Positions 36,809 to 46,925 of a stretch of 64,000 nucleotides of DNA are shown one piece after another. The DNA is from an uncultured Candidatus Rokubacteria bacterium (GTDB lineage Bacteria; Methylomirabilota; Methylomirabilia; Rokubacteriales; CSP1-6): the NCBI GenBank assembly GCA_963771355.1, contig CAVYTA010000005.1, forward strand, positions 96,001 through 160,000. The letters are read 5' to 3'. The number at the start of each line of letters is the position of its first letter. Position 1 is the stretch's first letter. The notes under the pieces are model-generated. The model was not told the origin of the DNA. It made no database searches and was given only the letters and a program-made list of their open reading frames with translations. The position numbers were made by a program, and so were the translations under genes.

Positions 36809-37654
36809 GTGCCGTCACCGCGCGTGATCTACGAGCCGAAACCAGGGTCCCCGCTGGCCGTCGACCGCGACTTCTACGCGCGCCTCGCGCGCGAGACCGG
36901 CTCCCGCACGCTGGTCGAGCGCTTCGTCGTCCCGCGGCGCTCGGGCCGGGCGTGGCCTCTCCGCGCGGGACAGATCGTTCGTATCGTCGCCGTGGAAGGC
37001 CCGCAGGTCGCGGACCTCAACGTGTGGAGCCTCACCAATCCGCGCGAGCGGTTCTGGGCCGCGCGTACCCGGCAGCTCCACCAGGCGCACCTCACGACCT
37101 TCGACCGCCTCTGGTCGTGCCTGCCCTACCTGCGGCCCATGCTCACCATCACCGCCGACACGATCCAGTACGGGCGCGACGCGGACGGCGGCGGCTGCCA
37201 CGACCTCCTGGGAACCCGCTGCGACCCCTACGTGCACAAGCTGCTCAACGGGGAAGAGTTCGATCTCTGCTGCCACAGTAACCTCGTGCGCGCAGTGCGG
37301 CCCTACCACCTCGCGGAGCGGGACGTCCACGACGTGCTGAATGTCTTCCAGGTCACCGGCCTCACCGCGGAGGGCCGCTACTTCGTCAAGCCGAGTCCGG
37401 CCCGGCGCGGCGACTTCCTCGAGTGCTTCGCCGAGATCGACGTGCTGTGCGCCATCTCCGTCTGCCCGCACGGCGACCTCTCGGTGCCGGTGTGGGGGCC
37501 GGACGCCGGCGATGCCCTCGCCGTCTGCCGGCCACTCGGGGTCGAGATCTGGGAGCCGGCGCCGGCCCTGCTGGGCGAGTGGCGCCCGCCCGCCGTCTCC
37601 GACTATCGCGGCGGCCACGGCCTGCGCGGCCCCGAGGACGGCCTCGATGGCTGA
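36809..37654 (+). CDS. DUF1989 (urea-carboxylase-associated family) protein, long form
   Basis: GPQVADLN, HDLLGTRCDPY, CCHSNL, LNVFQVTG, SVCPHGD. GTG start after GGAGGGG. Confidence 0.85.
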   Translation: MPSPRVIYEPKPGSPLAVDRDFYARLARETGSRTLVERFVVPRRSGRAWPLRAGQIVRIVAVEGPQVADLNVWSLTNPRERFWAARTRQLHQAHLTTFDRLWSCLPYLRPMLTITADTIQYGRDADGGGCHDLLGTRCDPYVHKLLNGEEFDLCCHSNLVRAVRPYHLAERDVHDVLNVFQVTGLTAEGRYFVKPSPARRGDFLECFAEIDVLCAISVCPHGDLSVPVWGPDAGDALAVCRPLGVEIWEPAPALLGEWRPPAVSDYRGGHGLRGPEDGLDG

Positions 37655-38243
37655 CCTCGTCACAATTCCTGCGCGCCGCGGTATTGCGGCACGGGTGCGG
37701 GCCGGCCAGCACGTCCGCATCGTCAACACGCACGGCACCCAGGTGGTGGACGCCTGGGCGTTCAGCACGGCGGACCCCACGGAGTGGATGGCGATGGAGG
37801 CCAGCCGCGCGTGGTTCCTGAAGCTGGCGGCGGCCGTCGGGGATTCGTTCGTGACGAACCGGCGGCGCCCCATCCTCACCCTGGTGGAGGACACGTCGGG
37901 CTGCGCCCATGACACGCTCATGGCGCCCTGCGACCGGTATCGCTACGCGCTCCTCGGCGTCGAGGGGTACCACGACAATTGCCGAGACAACCTCCACGCC
38001 GCCCTGGCCGAGCTCGGCGTCACGATCCCGGCCACGCCGCCCTCCCTCAACGTGTTCATGAATATTCCATGGACGGCCGCCGGCGCGCTTGCGTGGGGTG
38101 AGCCCGTGTCGGCGCCGGGGAGCTACGCGCGCTTCCGGGCAGAGATGGACCTGGTGGTGGCGTTCTCCGCGTGTCCCCAGGACATTCTCCCCATCAACGG
38201 GCGGACCGGGCGGACCACCGAGGCGCACTTCACGATCGAGTAG
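37647..38243 (+). CDS. DUF1989 family protein, short form
   Basis: GTQVVDAWAF, HDTLMAPCD, HDNCRDNL, LNVFMNIP, SACPQD. Overlaps the upstream stop. Confidence 0.87.
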   Translation: MADLVTIPARRGIAARVRAGQHVRIVNTHGTQVVDAWAFSTADPTEWMAMEASRAWFLKLAAAVGDSFVTNRRRPILTLVEDTSGCAHDTLMAPCDRYRYALLGVEGYHDNCRDNLHAALAELGVTIPATPPSLNVFMNIPWTAAGALAWGEPVSAPGSYARFRAEMDLVVAFSACPQDILPINGRTGRTTEAHFTIE

Positions 38244-38350
38244 GAGGGTGCGAATCCGCCGCCCCGGCGTCAGGGGCTCGGTGATCTCATTGGAGGAGCT
38301 CGTCCGCTCGACCGTGGGCCGAGACGGAGTCAGGGTGATAGGCTGGCGCG

Positions 38351-39235
38351 GTGCTCTTCTTCGCCTCCCTCCTCGTGGACGGGATTCTCGCCGGGGCCGT
38401 CTATGCTCTGATCGCGCTCGCCTTCGTCGTGGTCTACAAGGCCTCGCGCATGATCAACTTCGCGCTGGGCGAGTGGGTGATGTTCGGCTCGCGCCTGGCG
38501 GCGATGGGGCTGCATGCGGCGGGGCTCGGGCCGGCGGGCGCACTCGCCTTCGCCGGCGCCGCCATGGTGGCGCTCGCGCTGGCCTTCAATCGCGTGGTGC
38601 TACGGCGGCTCGTCGGGCAGCCGCTGATCGGCGTCATCATGGTGACCCTGGGCCTGGGCGCGCTGATGCGCGGGGTGGCGCCGATCCTCTTCGCGGGCCT
38701 TCCCGTGGCGATCCCGCTACCGATTCCCGAGGAGCCGATCGAAATCCACGGCATCCGAATCCCCGCCGGCCGGGTGGTGGCCCTGGCGGTGGCGGCGGCG
38801 GCCATCGCCAGCGTGAGCGCGTTCTTCCGCTGGAGCCGCACCGGCGTCGCGCTGCGGGCGCTCGCCGACGATCAGCAGGTCGCGGCCTCGATGGGCATCG
38901 ACGTCCACCGGCACCTCGCCATCGCGTGGGGCATGGTGGGCGTGCTCGCGGTGATCGGGGGCACGCTCTGGACCCTCGTGACGGGCGGGGGCTTCAGCCT
39001 GGTGCTGCTCGGCCTCAAGGTCTTTCCCATCGTCGTGATCGGCGGCCTCGACAGCATCCCAGGGAGCATCGTGGGCGCGGTGGCCATCGGCGTGCTCGAG
39101 AGCCTGACCGCGGGCTACGTGGACCCCCTTCTCGGCGCGGGGTTCAGCAGTGTCGCCCCGTACGTCCTGCTCCTCGGCGTGCTCTTCGTGCGACCCCATG
39201 GGATATTCGGCCGGCCGGAGGCGCGGCGAGTGTAG
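38351..39235 (+). CDS. Stand-alone LivH-like ABC permease
   Basis: YALIALAFVVVYKASRMINFALG, IGGLDSIPG, RPHGIFG. No partner genes are adjacent. Confidence 0.85.
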   Translation: MLFFASLLVDGILAGAVYALIALAFVVVYKASRMINFALGEWVMFGSRLAAMGLHAAGLGPAGALAFAGAAMVALALAFNRVVLRRLVGQPLIGVIMVTLGLGALMRGVAPILFAGLPVAIPLPIPEEPIEIHGIRIPAGRVVALAVAAAAIASVSAFFRWSRTGVALRALADDQQVAASMGIDVHRHLAIAWGMVGVLAVIGGTLWTLVTGGGFSLVLLGLKVFPIVVIGGLDSIPGSIVGAVAIGVLESLTAGYVDPLLGAGFSSVAPYVLLLGVLFVRPHGIFGRPEARRV

Positions 39236-39307
39236 TGAGTGCTTGCTGATTCTTGCTGAAACTTCCCCCCGCATGCCCGCGGGACGTGGGCGGGTCCTCG
39301 AAAAGTC

Positions 39308-39562
39308 ATGATCTTCCCGGCCACGCTTCCGCTCGTCCTCGGCTGTTTCTTGCTCTTGCTCGTGGCCCTGGTGTTCGTGGGCGAGTGGAGGATCCTCGGA
39401 TACGCCTACCGGAAGATCGGTGTGCCGGCGCGCTACATGTTCGTCGTCCTGCTGCTGTCGCTGGTCGGCAGCAACGGCCGCGGCGCGGGAGCCCGGCCGC
39501 GTGCGGTCTGTGGACCAAATGAGTCCACTCCGGGCCTCGGCTTGACTGGATCGACGGCGTAA
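39308..39562 (+). pseudogene. Truncated membrane protein (DUF1614-like N-terminus)
   Basis: ILGYAYRKIGV...LLLSLVGS followed by an unrelated tail and an early stop. Confidence 0.5.
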
Positions 39563-39593
39563 TCTAGTCTCGTGCTGTCCGAAGCTCGGCGCC

Positions 39594-39782
39594 GACTCCG
39601 GCGTCGGCGTGCTGGAATCCGAGCTTAAGCGCATCTTCGACCCATTCGTCACCACCAAGTCTCAGGGACTGGGCATGGGCCTGGCGATCAGCCGCTCGAT
39701 CATCGAGGCGCACGGTGGTCGGATCTGGGCAACGGCCAACGAGGACCACGGGCTCACCGTCAACGTCGAGCTCCCCATGTGA
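39594..39782 (+). pseudogene. Histidine kinase HATPase_c C-terminal remnant
   Basis: Manual translation DSGVG...IFDPFVTTKSQGLGMGLAISRSIIEAHGGRIW...ELPM* (G1/F/G2 boxes). No upstream part is present. Confidence 0.85.
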
Positions 39783-39866
39783 AAGCGCCGCGCCGCTGAC
39801 TCGGCCGTGTGCCAAGTACGGTCGGCCACTATCTCCGACTAATTCGCCGAGGTGTGCGATCGACCC

Positions 39867-40961
39867 ATGACCAGACCGTGGCAGCCTGACCACGAATTCG
39901 AAGAGCGCATCTCGTCCCGTCTGCTCGACGTCTTGATCCGTGCCGGCCTGATCGGCCTCCTGGCGGCGCTGTGCTACGTCGTCTTCGCGCCCTTCCTGAC
40001 GCTGATGGCGTGGGCGCTCATCCTGGCCGTCACGCTCTATCCCTTGCAGCGATGGCTCGCCCGCCAGGTTGGTGGGAGGCAGGGCCTCGCCGCGACCATG
40101 CTCGTCGTGGGCGGCGCCATCCTCATCGTCATCCCGACAGCGCTCCTGCTAAATTCCTTCGGGAGCTCCGTCCACGAGGTCGTCACCGCCGTGCAACACG
40201 GAACCCTGCAGGTACCTCCGCCGCGAGCGGGCATCCAGGAATGGCCGATCGTCGGCACGAAGGTCTATGGCTTCTGGTCGAAGGCGCACAGCGATCTTCC
40301 GGGCCTCGTCGACAGCATGCAGCCGAAGATCGGCGACCTGGCCCGGAAGGCGCTGTCGACCGTGGCCAGCATCGGCCTCGGGATCCTGCAATTCCTCGCG
40401 TCATTCATCGTGGCCGGTATCTTGACGGCGTACGGCGAGGCGGGCACGCGCGGGAGTCAAGCGATCTTCGAGCGCGTCATCGGGCGCGAGCGAGGCGAAA
40501 GCTTCAGGAGGCTCTCCACCGCCACGATCCGGGCCGTGGCGCAGGGAGTCATCGGCGTCGCTTTCATTCAGGCGATCCTGGTCGGCCTCGCGCTTCTTCT
40601 CGCGGGCATCCCCTTGGCGGGGGTTCTGGCGGCCATCACGCTCGTGCTGAGCATTGCTCAGGTCCCGGCACTCATCGTCACGCTTCCCGCGATCGTGTAC
40701 CTCTGGTCGAGCGGCAGCTACAGCAGCGGCGCCGCCATCGCTCACACGATCACCTTGTTGCTCTCGGGCATGGCCGACAACGTCCTGAAGCCGATGATGC
40801 TGGGTCGCGGCGTCGATGCCCCGATGCCGGTCATCCTGCTCGGGGCCCTGGGCGGCATGGCCACTCACGGGATCCTGGGGATGTTCGTGGGGGCCACGCT
40901 CCTGGCCCTCGGGTATCAGATCTTCATGAGCTGGATCGCCCCCAGCTCGGATACCGCGTGA
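39867..40961 (+). CDS. AI-2E family transporter (YdiK-like)
   Basis: WALILAVTLYP, multiple TM segments, DNVLKPMMLGRG, GMFVGA. Confidence 0.9.
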   Translation: MTRPWQPDHEFEERISSRLLDVLIRAGLIGLLAALCYVVFAPFLTLMAWALILAVTLYPLQRWLARQVGGRQGLAATMLVVGGAILIVIPTALLLNSFGSSVHEVVTAVQHGTLQVPPPRAGIQEWPIVGTKVYGFWSKAHSDLPGLVDSMQPKIGDLARKALSTVASIGLGILQFLASFIVAGILTAYGEAGTRGSQAIFERVIGRERGESFRRLSTATIRAVAQGVIGVAFIQAILVGLALLLAGIPLAGVLAAITLVLSIAQVPALIVTLPAIVYLWSSGSYSSGAAIAHTITLLLSGMADNVLKPMMLGRGVDAPMPVILLGALGGMATHGILGMFVGATLLALGYQIFMSWIAPSSDTA

Positions 40962-41014
40962 CCGAACTGTTCTGGCGCTCAAGAAGTAAGCCTGACGACG
41001 GGGTAGAAGGCTGG

Positions 41015-41713
41015 TCAGCCTCCGAGGCCCAGGTACGTCGTGGTGATCCGCTCGTTGGCGCGGAGCTCGGCCGGCGTGCCCTCGAAGACGATGGTCCCGT
41101 GATCGATGATGTAGACGCGATCGGCGAGCCCGAGCGCCATCTCGGCATTCTGCTCGACCAGCAGCATGCTGACGTGCTCGCGCTTGAGCTCCCGCACGGT
41201 TCCCATGACGGCCTCGACCACCAGCGGCGCCAGCCCCTGTGACGGCTCGTCCAGGAGGAGCAGATCCGGGCCCGTCAGCAGCGCGCGGGCAATGGCAAGC
41301 ATCTGCTGCTCGCCGCCGGAGAGAAAGCGCCCCTTGCGGTCCAGCACCTCGCGCAGCTTGGGGAAGCGCTCGAGCATGCTCTCCATCGGCCAGCGCGAGC
41401 CGGGCCGGCGGGCGATGTCCAGGTTCTCGCGCGCGGTGAGATAGGAGAAGATGCCGCGCGTCTCGGGGACCAGGGCGATGCCGAGCCGGGAGATCCGATG
41501 GGCGGGAAGGCCGACGATGCTGGCTCCCTTGTAGGTGATCGCGCCGCTCCGGGGCGGCGTGAGGCCGGTGATGGATCGGAGCGTCGTGGTCTTGCCGGCG
41601 CCGTTTCGCCCCAGGAGCGCCACCACTTCTCCCTCGTCGACCCCGAGGGAGAGACCGTGCAGGATGTGGCCGAGCCCGTAGTAGGTGTCGATGCCCCGGA
41701 CCTCGAGGATCAT
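41015..41713 (-). CDS. LIV-type ABC ATP-binding protein (LivF-like)
   Basis: GRNGAGKTT, LSGGEQQMLAIAR, DEPSQGL. Confidence 0.92.
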   Translation of the reverse strand: MILEVRGIDTYYGLGHILHGLSLGVDEGEVVALLGRNGAGKTTTLRSITGLTPPRSGAITYKGASIVGLPAHRISRLGIALVPETRGIFSYLTARENLDIARRPGSRWPMESMLERFPKLREVLDRKGRFLSGGEQQMLAIARALLTGPDLLLLDEPSQGLAPLVVEAVMGTVRELKREHVSMLLVEQNAEMALGLADRVYIIDHGTIVFEGTPAELRANERITTTYLGLGG

Positions 41714-42462
41714 GGCGCGACCACGCCCCCCAGGTACGCGCGCCGGACCTCGGGGTTGCGCTGGATCTCCAGCGGATTGCCCTCGGCGATCACGCTGCCG
41801 AAATGCATGACCGAGATCCGGTCGGACATGGTCATGACCACGTCGATCTTGTGCTCGATGAGAATGATGGTGTACCGCCCCTTGAGCTTGCGCACGAGCG
41901 TGACCATCTTCTGCGTCTCGTCCGGCGACAGCCCGGCCCCCGGCTCGTCCAGCAGCAGCAGCCGGGGGGCGGCCGCCAACGCGATGGCCAGCTCGAGCTG
42001 CCGCTGCTCGCCGTGGGAGATCTCGCGGGCGGGGAGGCCCGCCTTCTCGCCGAGCCCCACCTCGCCCAGCACCTCGAGCGCCCGCCGCGTGAGCTCCGGG
42101 TAGCGGTCGGCCCGTCGCCACGCCATTCCCCGCCAGGACTGCTGCCGGGCGAAGGTGGCCAGCCAGACATTGTCCAGGATCGACAGGGTGGGGAAGATGC
42201 TGGTGCGCTGGAACGACCGGGCGATTCCCAGGTGGGCGATGCGGTGCGGCGGCGTTCCCGCGATGTCGCGCCCGTCGAAGATGATCCGGCCCGACGTCGG
42301 CGCGTGCTGGCCCGTGAGCAAGTTGAAGAACGTGGTCTTGCCCGCTCCGTTCGGCCCGATCACGGAGTGCAGCGAGCCCTCCTCGACCTCGAGCGTGACC
42401 GCGTTGACCGCGACGAGAGCCCCGAAGGACTTGGTCAGGCGCTCGGTTCTAACGAGGGGCAT
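41710..42462 (-). CDS. LIV-type ABC ATP-binding protein (LivG-like)
   Basis: GPNGAGKTT, ISHGEQRQLE, LDEPGAG, IEH. Confidence 0.92.
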   Translation of the reverse strand: MPLVRTERLTKSFGALVAVNAVTLEVEEGSLHSVIGPNGAGKTTFFNLLTGQHAPTSGRIIFDGRDIAGTPPHRIAHLGIARSFQRTSIFPTLSILDNVWLATFARQQSWRGMAWRRADRYPELTRRALEVLGEVGLGEKAGLPAREISHGEQRQLELAIALAAAPRLLLLDEPGAGLSPDETQKMVTLVRKLKGRYTIILIEHKIDVVMTMSDRISVMHFGSVIAEGNPLEIQRNPEVRRAYLGGVVAP

Positions 42463-43411
42463 CGGCTCCGACCACGGTGGGCGCGCGATGCGCCGCGCGC
42501 CAGGCCCAGAAGCGCGCCCACGCCTCCACCACGCCGCCCCGGAAGAACAGCACCACGATCACGAAGGCCACGCCGAGCAGGAGGGGCCAGCGGGCCCACA
42601 TGGAGCTGACCGACTCCGACAGCCAGATGAACACGAACGAGCCGATGACCGGTCCGTACAGCGACCCCGAGCCGCCGATGAGCGTGGCGAAGACGACATT
42701 GCCGGAGAACACGAACCCGATGGACTCGAGCGGCACGATGCCGAAGAGCATGGCGTAGAGCACCCCCGCCAGGCCCGAGTAGGCGCCCCCCACCACGAAG
42801 GCGGCCAGCTTCATGCGGGGCACGTTGTAGCCGAGGGCTTCCGCCCGCAGCTCGTTCTCGCGGATGGCCTGGAGGATCTTGCCGAGCGGCGACTCGACGA
42901 CGCGCTTCATGATCCAGAGCGACAGGAGGAAGAGCAGGGCGACGGCGGCGTAGTACGCGAGGGGGCCGTGGATGTCCAGGCCCAGCACGCTCGGGCGGGG
43001 AATCCCGGGCATGCCGTCCTCGCCCCCCGTCACCGTCGTCCACTGATAGGCCGTGAAGTAGAACATCTGGTTCAGGGCGAAGGTCAGCATGATGAAGTAG
43101 AGACCGGAGCGCTGCACGCAGAGATAGCCGACGGCGGCCGCCGACACCGCGCCCACCACGATCCCGAGGCCGAGGGCGAGGAAGACGTTGATGCCGTAGA
43201 ACTTCAGCAGGTAGCCCGCCACGTAGGCGGCCGAGCCGAAGAACGTCGCCTGCCCGAAGGAGAGCAGCCCCGTATAGCCCATGAGCAGGTTCAGGCCGAG
43301 GCCGAAGATCGCGAAGATCCAGATCTCGGTGGCGATGGCGTGCCGGACGAAGAGGGGAAGCGCCACCACCGCGGCCAGAATCGCCAGCCATGCCTTGGTG
43401 CTCGCCGTCAT
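42449..43411 (-). CDS. LIV-type ABC permease (LivM-like)
   Basis: GLNLLMGYTGLLSFG, TGGEDG, AIRENE. Confidence 0.92.
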   Translation of the reverse strand: MTASTKAWLAILAAVVALPLFVRHAIATEIWIFAIFGLGLNLLMGYTGLLSFGQATFFGSAAYVAGYLLKFYGINVFLALGLGIVVGAVSAAAVGYLCVQRSGLYFIMLTFALNQMFYFTAYQWTTVTGGEDGMPGIPRPSVLGLDIHGPLAYYAAVALLFLLSLWIMKRVVESPLGKILQAIRENELRAEALGYNVPRMKLAAFVVGGAYSGLAGVLYAMLFGIVPLESIGFVFSGNVVFATLIGGSGSLYGPVIGSFVFIWLSESVSSMWARWPLLLGVAFVIVVLFFRGGVVEAWARFWAWRAAHRAPTVVGADAPR

Positions 43412-44271
43412 CGGATGCCGAACAGCCCCTGCGGGCGCACGAGGAGGACGGCGGCCATGACGGCGAAGATGACCGCCACCGAGGCCTCCGGCCAGACGAG
43501 CGCCACCAGGCTCTGGGCCAGGCCTACGAGCAGTCCCGCCACGATGGAGCCCAGAAGGTTACCGAGCCCGGCCAGCGCGACGACCACGAAGGCGATGCCG
43601 AGCATGTCCACGCCCATCCAGGGATTCAGGCCACGAATGGGCGCGGTGAGCGCGCCGGCGACCCCGGCCAGGACGCAGCCCAGCGCAAACGCGGCGGTGA
43701 AGAGGCGGTGGATGTCGATGCCGAGGAGGGCCACCATCTCCTTGTCCTCGATGCCGGCGCGCATGATGGCGCCGTAGCGCGTCTTCTCCAGGAAGAGCCA
43801 GGCGCCGAACACCAGGAGCGCGGCCGCCACCATCACGAAGAGTCGGTACTTCGGGTAGAACGTGATCCCGAGGTCGATGCCGCCGCGCAAGATCGGGGGC
43901 GGGAGCTGGCTCATGCCGACCGGGCTCCAGACGATGATGATGCCCTCGGTGACGATGAGCGAGAGGCCGAAGGTGAGCAGGAGCTGGTAGTCGTGGCCGG
44001 CCTTGTAGAGCGGGCGGATTCCGCCGTACTCGATCAAGACCCCCAGGAGCCCCACCCCCAGCGGGGCCAGCAGGAGCGCCAGCCAGAAGTTGTCGACGAG
44101 CTGGATCACCGTGTAGAGAAAATACGCGCCGAGGGCGAAGAGCGCGCCGTGGGCGAAGTTGGGGATATTGAGCACGCCCGTGATGATGGAGAGCCCGATG
44201 CCCATGAGGGCGTAAAGCATGCCCGTGGCCAGGCCGTTGAGGACCTGGCTGAAGAGAAGGGGGGCCTTCAC
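43408..44271 (-). CDS. LIV-type ABC permease (LivH-like)
   Basis: PNFAHG, RPQGLFG. Confidence 0.92.
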   Translation of the reverse strand: MKAPLLFSQVLNGLATGMLYALMGIGLSIITGVLNIPNFAHGALFALGAYFLYTVIQLVDNFWLALLLAPLGVGLLGVLIEYGGIRPLYKAGHDYQLLLTFGLSLIVTEGIIIVWSPVGMSQLPPPILRGGIDLGITFYPKYRLFVMVAAALLVFGAWLFLEKTRYGAIMRAGIEDKEMVALLGIDIHRLFTAAFALGCVLAGVAGALTAPIRGLNPWMGVDMLGIAFVVVALAGLGNLLGSIVAGLLVGLAQSLVALVWPEASVAVIFAVMAAVLLVRPQGLFGIR

Positions 44272-44287
44272 GCGGCGGAGATGCCCG

Positions 44288-45508
44288 CTAGAGCGACCCT
44301 ATGTCTTTGCAGGCCGCGTACTCCGCCGGCAGCGGCGTCGAGCCCGTCGCGACGATGTCCGCGAAGTCCATGGGGTGCTTCATCGCGTCCTTCTTCTTGC
44401 AGCGCATGAAGAAGTAGGGGCGCAGCGTCTGGTGGGTCTTCGGATCCACGCGCATCTTGCCCACCAGGTCCTCCACCTCGAGCCCCTCGCAGGCCTTGAT
44501 GACGTCGGGCACCTCGGTGGACTTGGCCTTGTCCATCGCGTGCAGCATCATCCGCGTCATGCCGTAGGCGGCGGCCGGCGCGTAGCCGGGAGGGCCGCCG
44601 AACTTGGCCTGGTAGTTCTTCACGAACTCGCGCGCCACCGGCGTATCCGCCGTGTAGTAGAAGTTCGAGCCGACCCACATGTTCTCCCGGATCTCCGGGT
44701 TGAGCTGGACCAGCTCCTCGACGCCGGAGGACCAGGTCAAGATCAGGGGGACCTTGGGCGTGAGCCCGAAATTGAAGATCTCGCGCGCCCCGGTGACGGC
44801 GTCGAGGCCGAAGTTGATCATGGCCACCACGTCGGGCTTGTTGGCGGCCGCCTTGGTCACGTAGTTGGAGAACTCGCGCTCGCCGAGCGGGTGCCGGTCG
44901 GCGCCCACGAACTCGATCCCGTGTCCCTTCCCCACTTCCTTGATGTACTTCTCCACCGACCAGCCGAACGCGTAGTCGGCGACCAGCAGGTGCCAGCGCT
45001 TGGCCCTGGGATTGGCCTGCATGAAGGTGTCCACCACGGTCTTGGCGGCCGTATACGGGCTCGCCGCCCACTGGAAGGAGTACTTGTGACAGCGCGCGCC
45101 CGAGATGTCCTCGGTGCCGCCGCTGAAGTAGTGGAAGGTCTTCTTCCGCTTGGCGACCTCGGACACGGCCAGCGCGACGCCCGAGGACCAGGGGCCGATG
45201 ATGTACTTGACGCCGTCGGCGTCGATGGCTTCCTCGGCGCGGCGCGTGGCGCTGCCCGCCTTGGTCTCGTCGTCGCGGGTGATGTACTTGATCGTCCTGC
45301 CCTGGACCTTCATGCCGCGCTCGTCGAGGGCCATCTTCATGCCGCGGTCGAGGACGGGACCGACGTCGGAAAAGGCGCCGGTGAAGGACCAGAGACCCAG
45401 CACGGGGAGCTCCTTCGACTGGGCCCGGAGCACGGCCGGGAAGCCGAGTCCCGCCGCCGCGGCGGCGCCGCCCAGTTTCAGCACATCCCGTCGAGTGAAT
45501 TTGCTCAT
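44288..45508 (-). CDS. LIV-type ABC substrate-binding protein with Tat signal
   Basis: MSKFTRRDVLKLG twin-arginine signal, RDDETK, ADYAFG. Confidence 0.9.
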   Translation of the reverse strand: MSKFTRRDVLKLGGAAAAAGLGFPAVLRAQSKELPVLGLWSFTGAFSDVGPVLDRGMKMALDERGMKVQGRTIKYITRDDETKAGSATRRAEEAIDADGVKYIIGPWSSGVALAVSEVAKRKKTFHYFSGGTEDISGARCHKYSFQWAASPYTAAKTVVDTFMQANPRAKRWHLLVADYAFGWSVEKYIKEVGKGHGIEFVGADRHPLGEREFSNYVTKAAANKPDVVAMINFGLDAVTGAREIFNFGLTPKVPLILTWSSGVEELVQLNPEIRENMWVGSNFYYTADTPVAREFVKNYQAKFGGPPGYAPAAAYGMTRMMLHAMDKAKSTEVPDVIKACEGLEVEDLVGKMRVDPKTHQTLRPYFFMRCKKKDAMKHPMDFADIVATGSTPLPAEYAACKDIGSL

Positions 45509-45671
45509 CGTGAATTCTCCCCGCTGGTGTGGGTTGGGTCCCGGCTCCGGCCTGTTCGCAGGGAGAATCGGCCCAACCCGGGGCGGTGTCAAGGGCATGC
45601 CTTCCGCTTGACAGATCGCGGGGGGCGCCGCTAGTGTTTGCCCGCCGGCAACCTCAATGGGGAGACCGTCG

Positions 45672-46910
45672 ATGGGCTATCTGATCACCAACGTGAAAGT
45701 CCTTGACGGCACCGGGCGGGAGCCCTTCAACGGCGCCGTCCGCGTCGAGGGCAACCGCATCGCCGAGGTCCTCGCGGGCCCGGCTGCGCCCGTTCCCGCC
45801 GGCGCCACCGTCATCGATGGCCGCGGGGCCACGCTGATGCCCGGCCTCGTCGAATCCCACGCCCATATCGGCCTGGCCGACATGACGTCCCACGAGCTGA
45901 CGCGGCTCCCCCCCGAGGAGCACATGCTGATCACGGTGCGCAACGCGAAGACCATGCTCGATTGCGGCTATACGAGCGCGTTCTCCGCGGCGGCGCCCAA
46001 GCCGCGGCTGGATGTGGTCCTCAAGCGCGAGATCGAAGCCGGTCGCGTGCCGGGACCGCGCCTCCTCGCCAATGGCCCCGAGATCACGGTCACCGGAGGC
46101 CTCGGCGACAGCAACCTGCTGCACCTGCCCCACTACGAGACGCCCACGTTTTCCTGGGTGGCCGACGGGCCCGATGCGATCCGCCGGGTGTGCCGTCTCC
46201 TCGCGCGCGAAGGCGTGGACCTGCTCAAGCTGAACCTGTCGGGCGATATCGGGACCTCCAGCTTCCCGTCGGAGCAGACCCCGATGACGGACGCCGAGGT
46301 AGGAGCGGCCATGGAGGTCGCGCGGTCGGCCGAGCTGCGCGTGGCCGCGCATTGCCGGAGCGCGGAGTCCGTGCTGCGGGCCCTTCGCCACGGCGTCGAG
46401 GTCATCTACCATGCGAACTGGGCCGACGAGCGCGCGCTCGACGCGCTGGAGGCGGCGCGCGACCGCATCTTCGTGGGCCCCGCCCTCGGCATCACCTACA
46501 ACCTGAGCCAGGCCGGCGGCCAGTGGGGCGTCACCGCCGAGCGGTCCCAGGCCTTCGAGCGCGAGCTGGAGGTGTCGGTGGAGACGGTGGCCCGGATGCG
46601 CAAGCGGGGTATCCGCGTCCTGCCCGGCGGCGACTACGGGTTCACCTACACGCCGCACGGCACCTACGCGCGAGATCTGTGGCTCTTCGTCAAGATCCTC
46701 GGCTTCTCGCCCATGGATACCATCGTGGCTGCCACCAAGCTGGGCGGCGAGATCATGGGACGCCCCGGCGAGCTGGGCGTCGTCACCGTCGGCGCGCTGG
46801 CGGATCTCCTCTTGGTGGACGGCGACCCGCTCAGCGACATCGCGATCCTCCAGGACCGCAACGCGCTCCGGATGATCATGAAGGATGGCGCGCTCCACAA
46901 GGCGCCCTGA
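45672..46910 (+). CDS. Amidohydrolase_1 (prolidase/imidazolonepropionase-like)
   Basis: LMPGLVESHAH, VAAHC, IYHA, GGDYG, GALADLLLVDGDP. Confidence 0.88.
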   Translation: MGYLITNVKVLDGTGREPFNGAVRVEGNRIAEVLAGPAAPVPAGATVIDGRGATLMPGLVESHAHIGLADMTSHELTRLPPEEHMLITVRNAKTMLDCGYTSAFSAAAPKPRLDVVLKREIEAGRVPGPRLLANGPEITVTGGLGDSNLLHLPHYETPTFSWVADGPDAIRRVCRLLAREGVDLLKLNLSGDIGTSSFPSEQTPMTDAEVGAAMEVARSAELRVAAHCRSAESVLRALRHGVEVIYHANWADERALDALEAARDRIFVGPALGITYNLSQAGGQWGVTAERSQAFERELEVSVETVARMRKRGIRVLPGGDYGFTYTPHGTYARDLWLFVKILGFSPMDTIVAATKLGGEIMGRPGELGVVTVGALADLLLVDGDPLSDIAILQDRNALRMIMKDGALHKAP

Positions 46911-46925
46911 GCTGTACGGAGCCCG

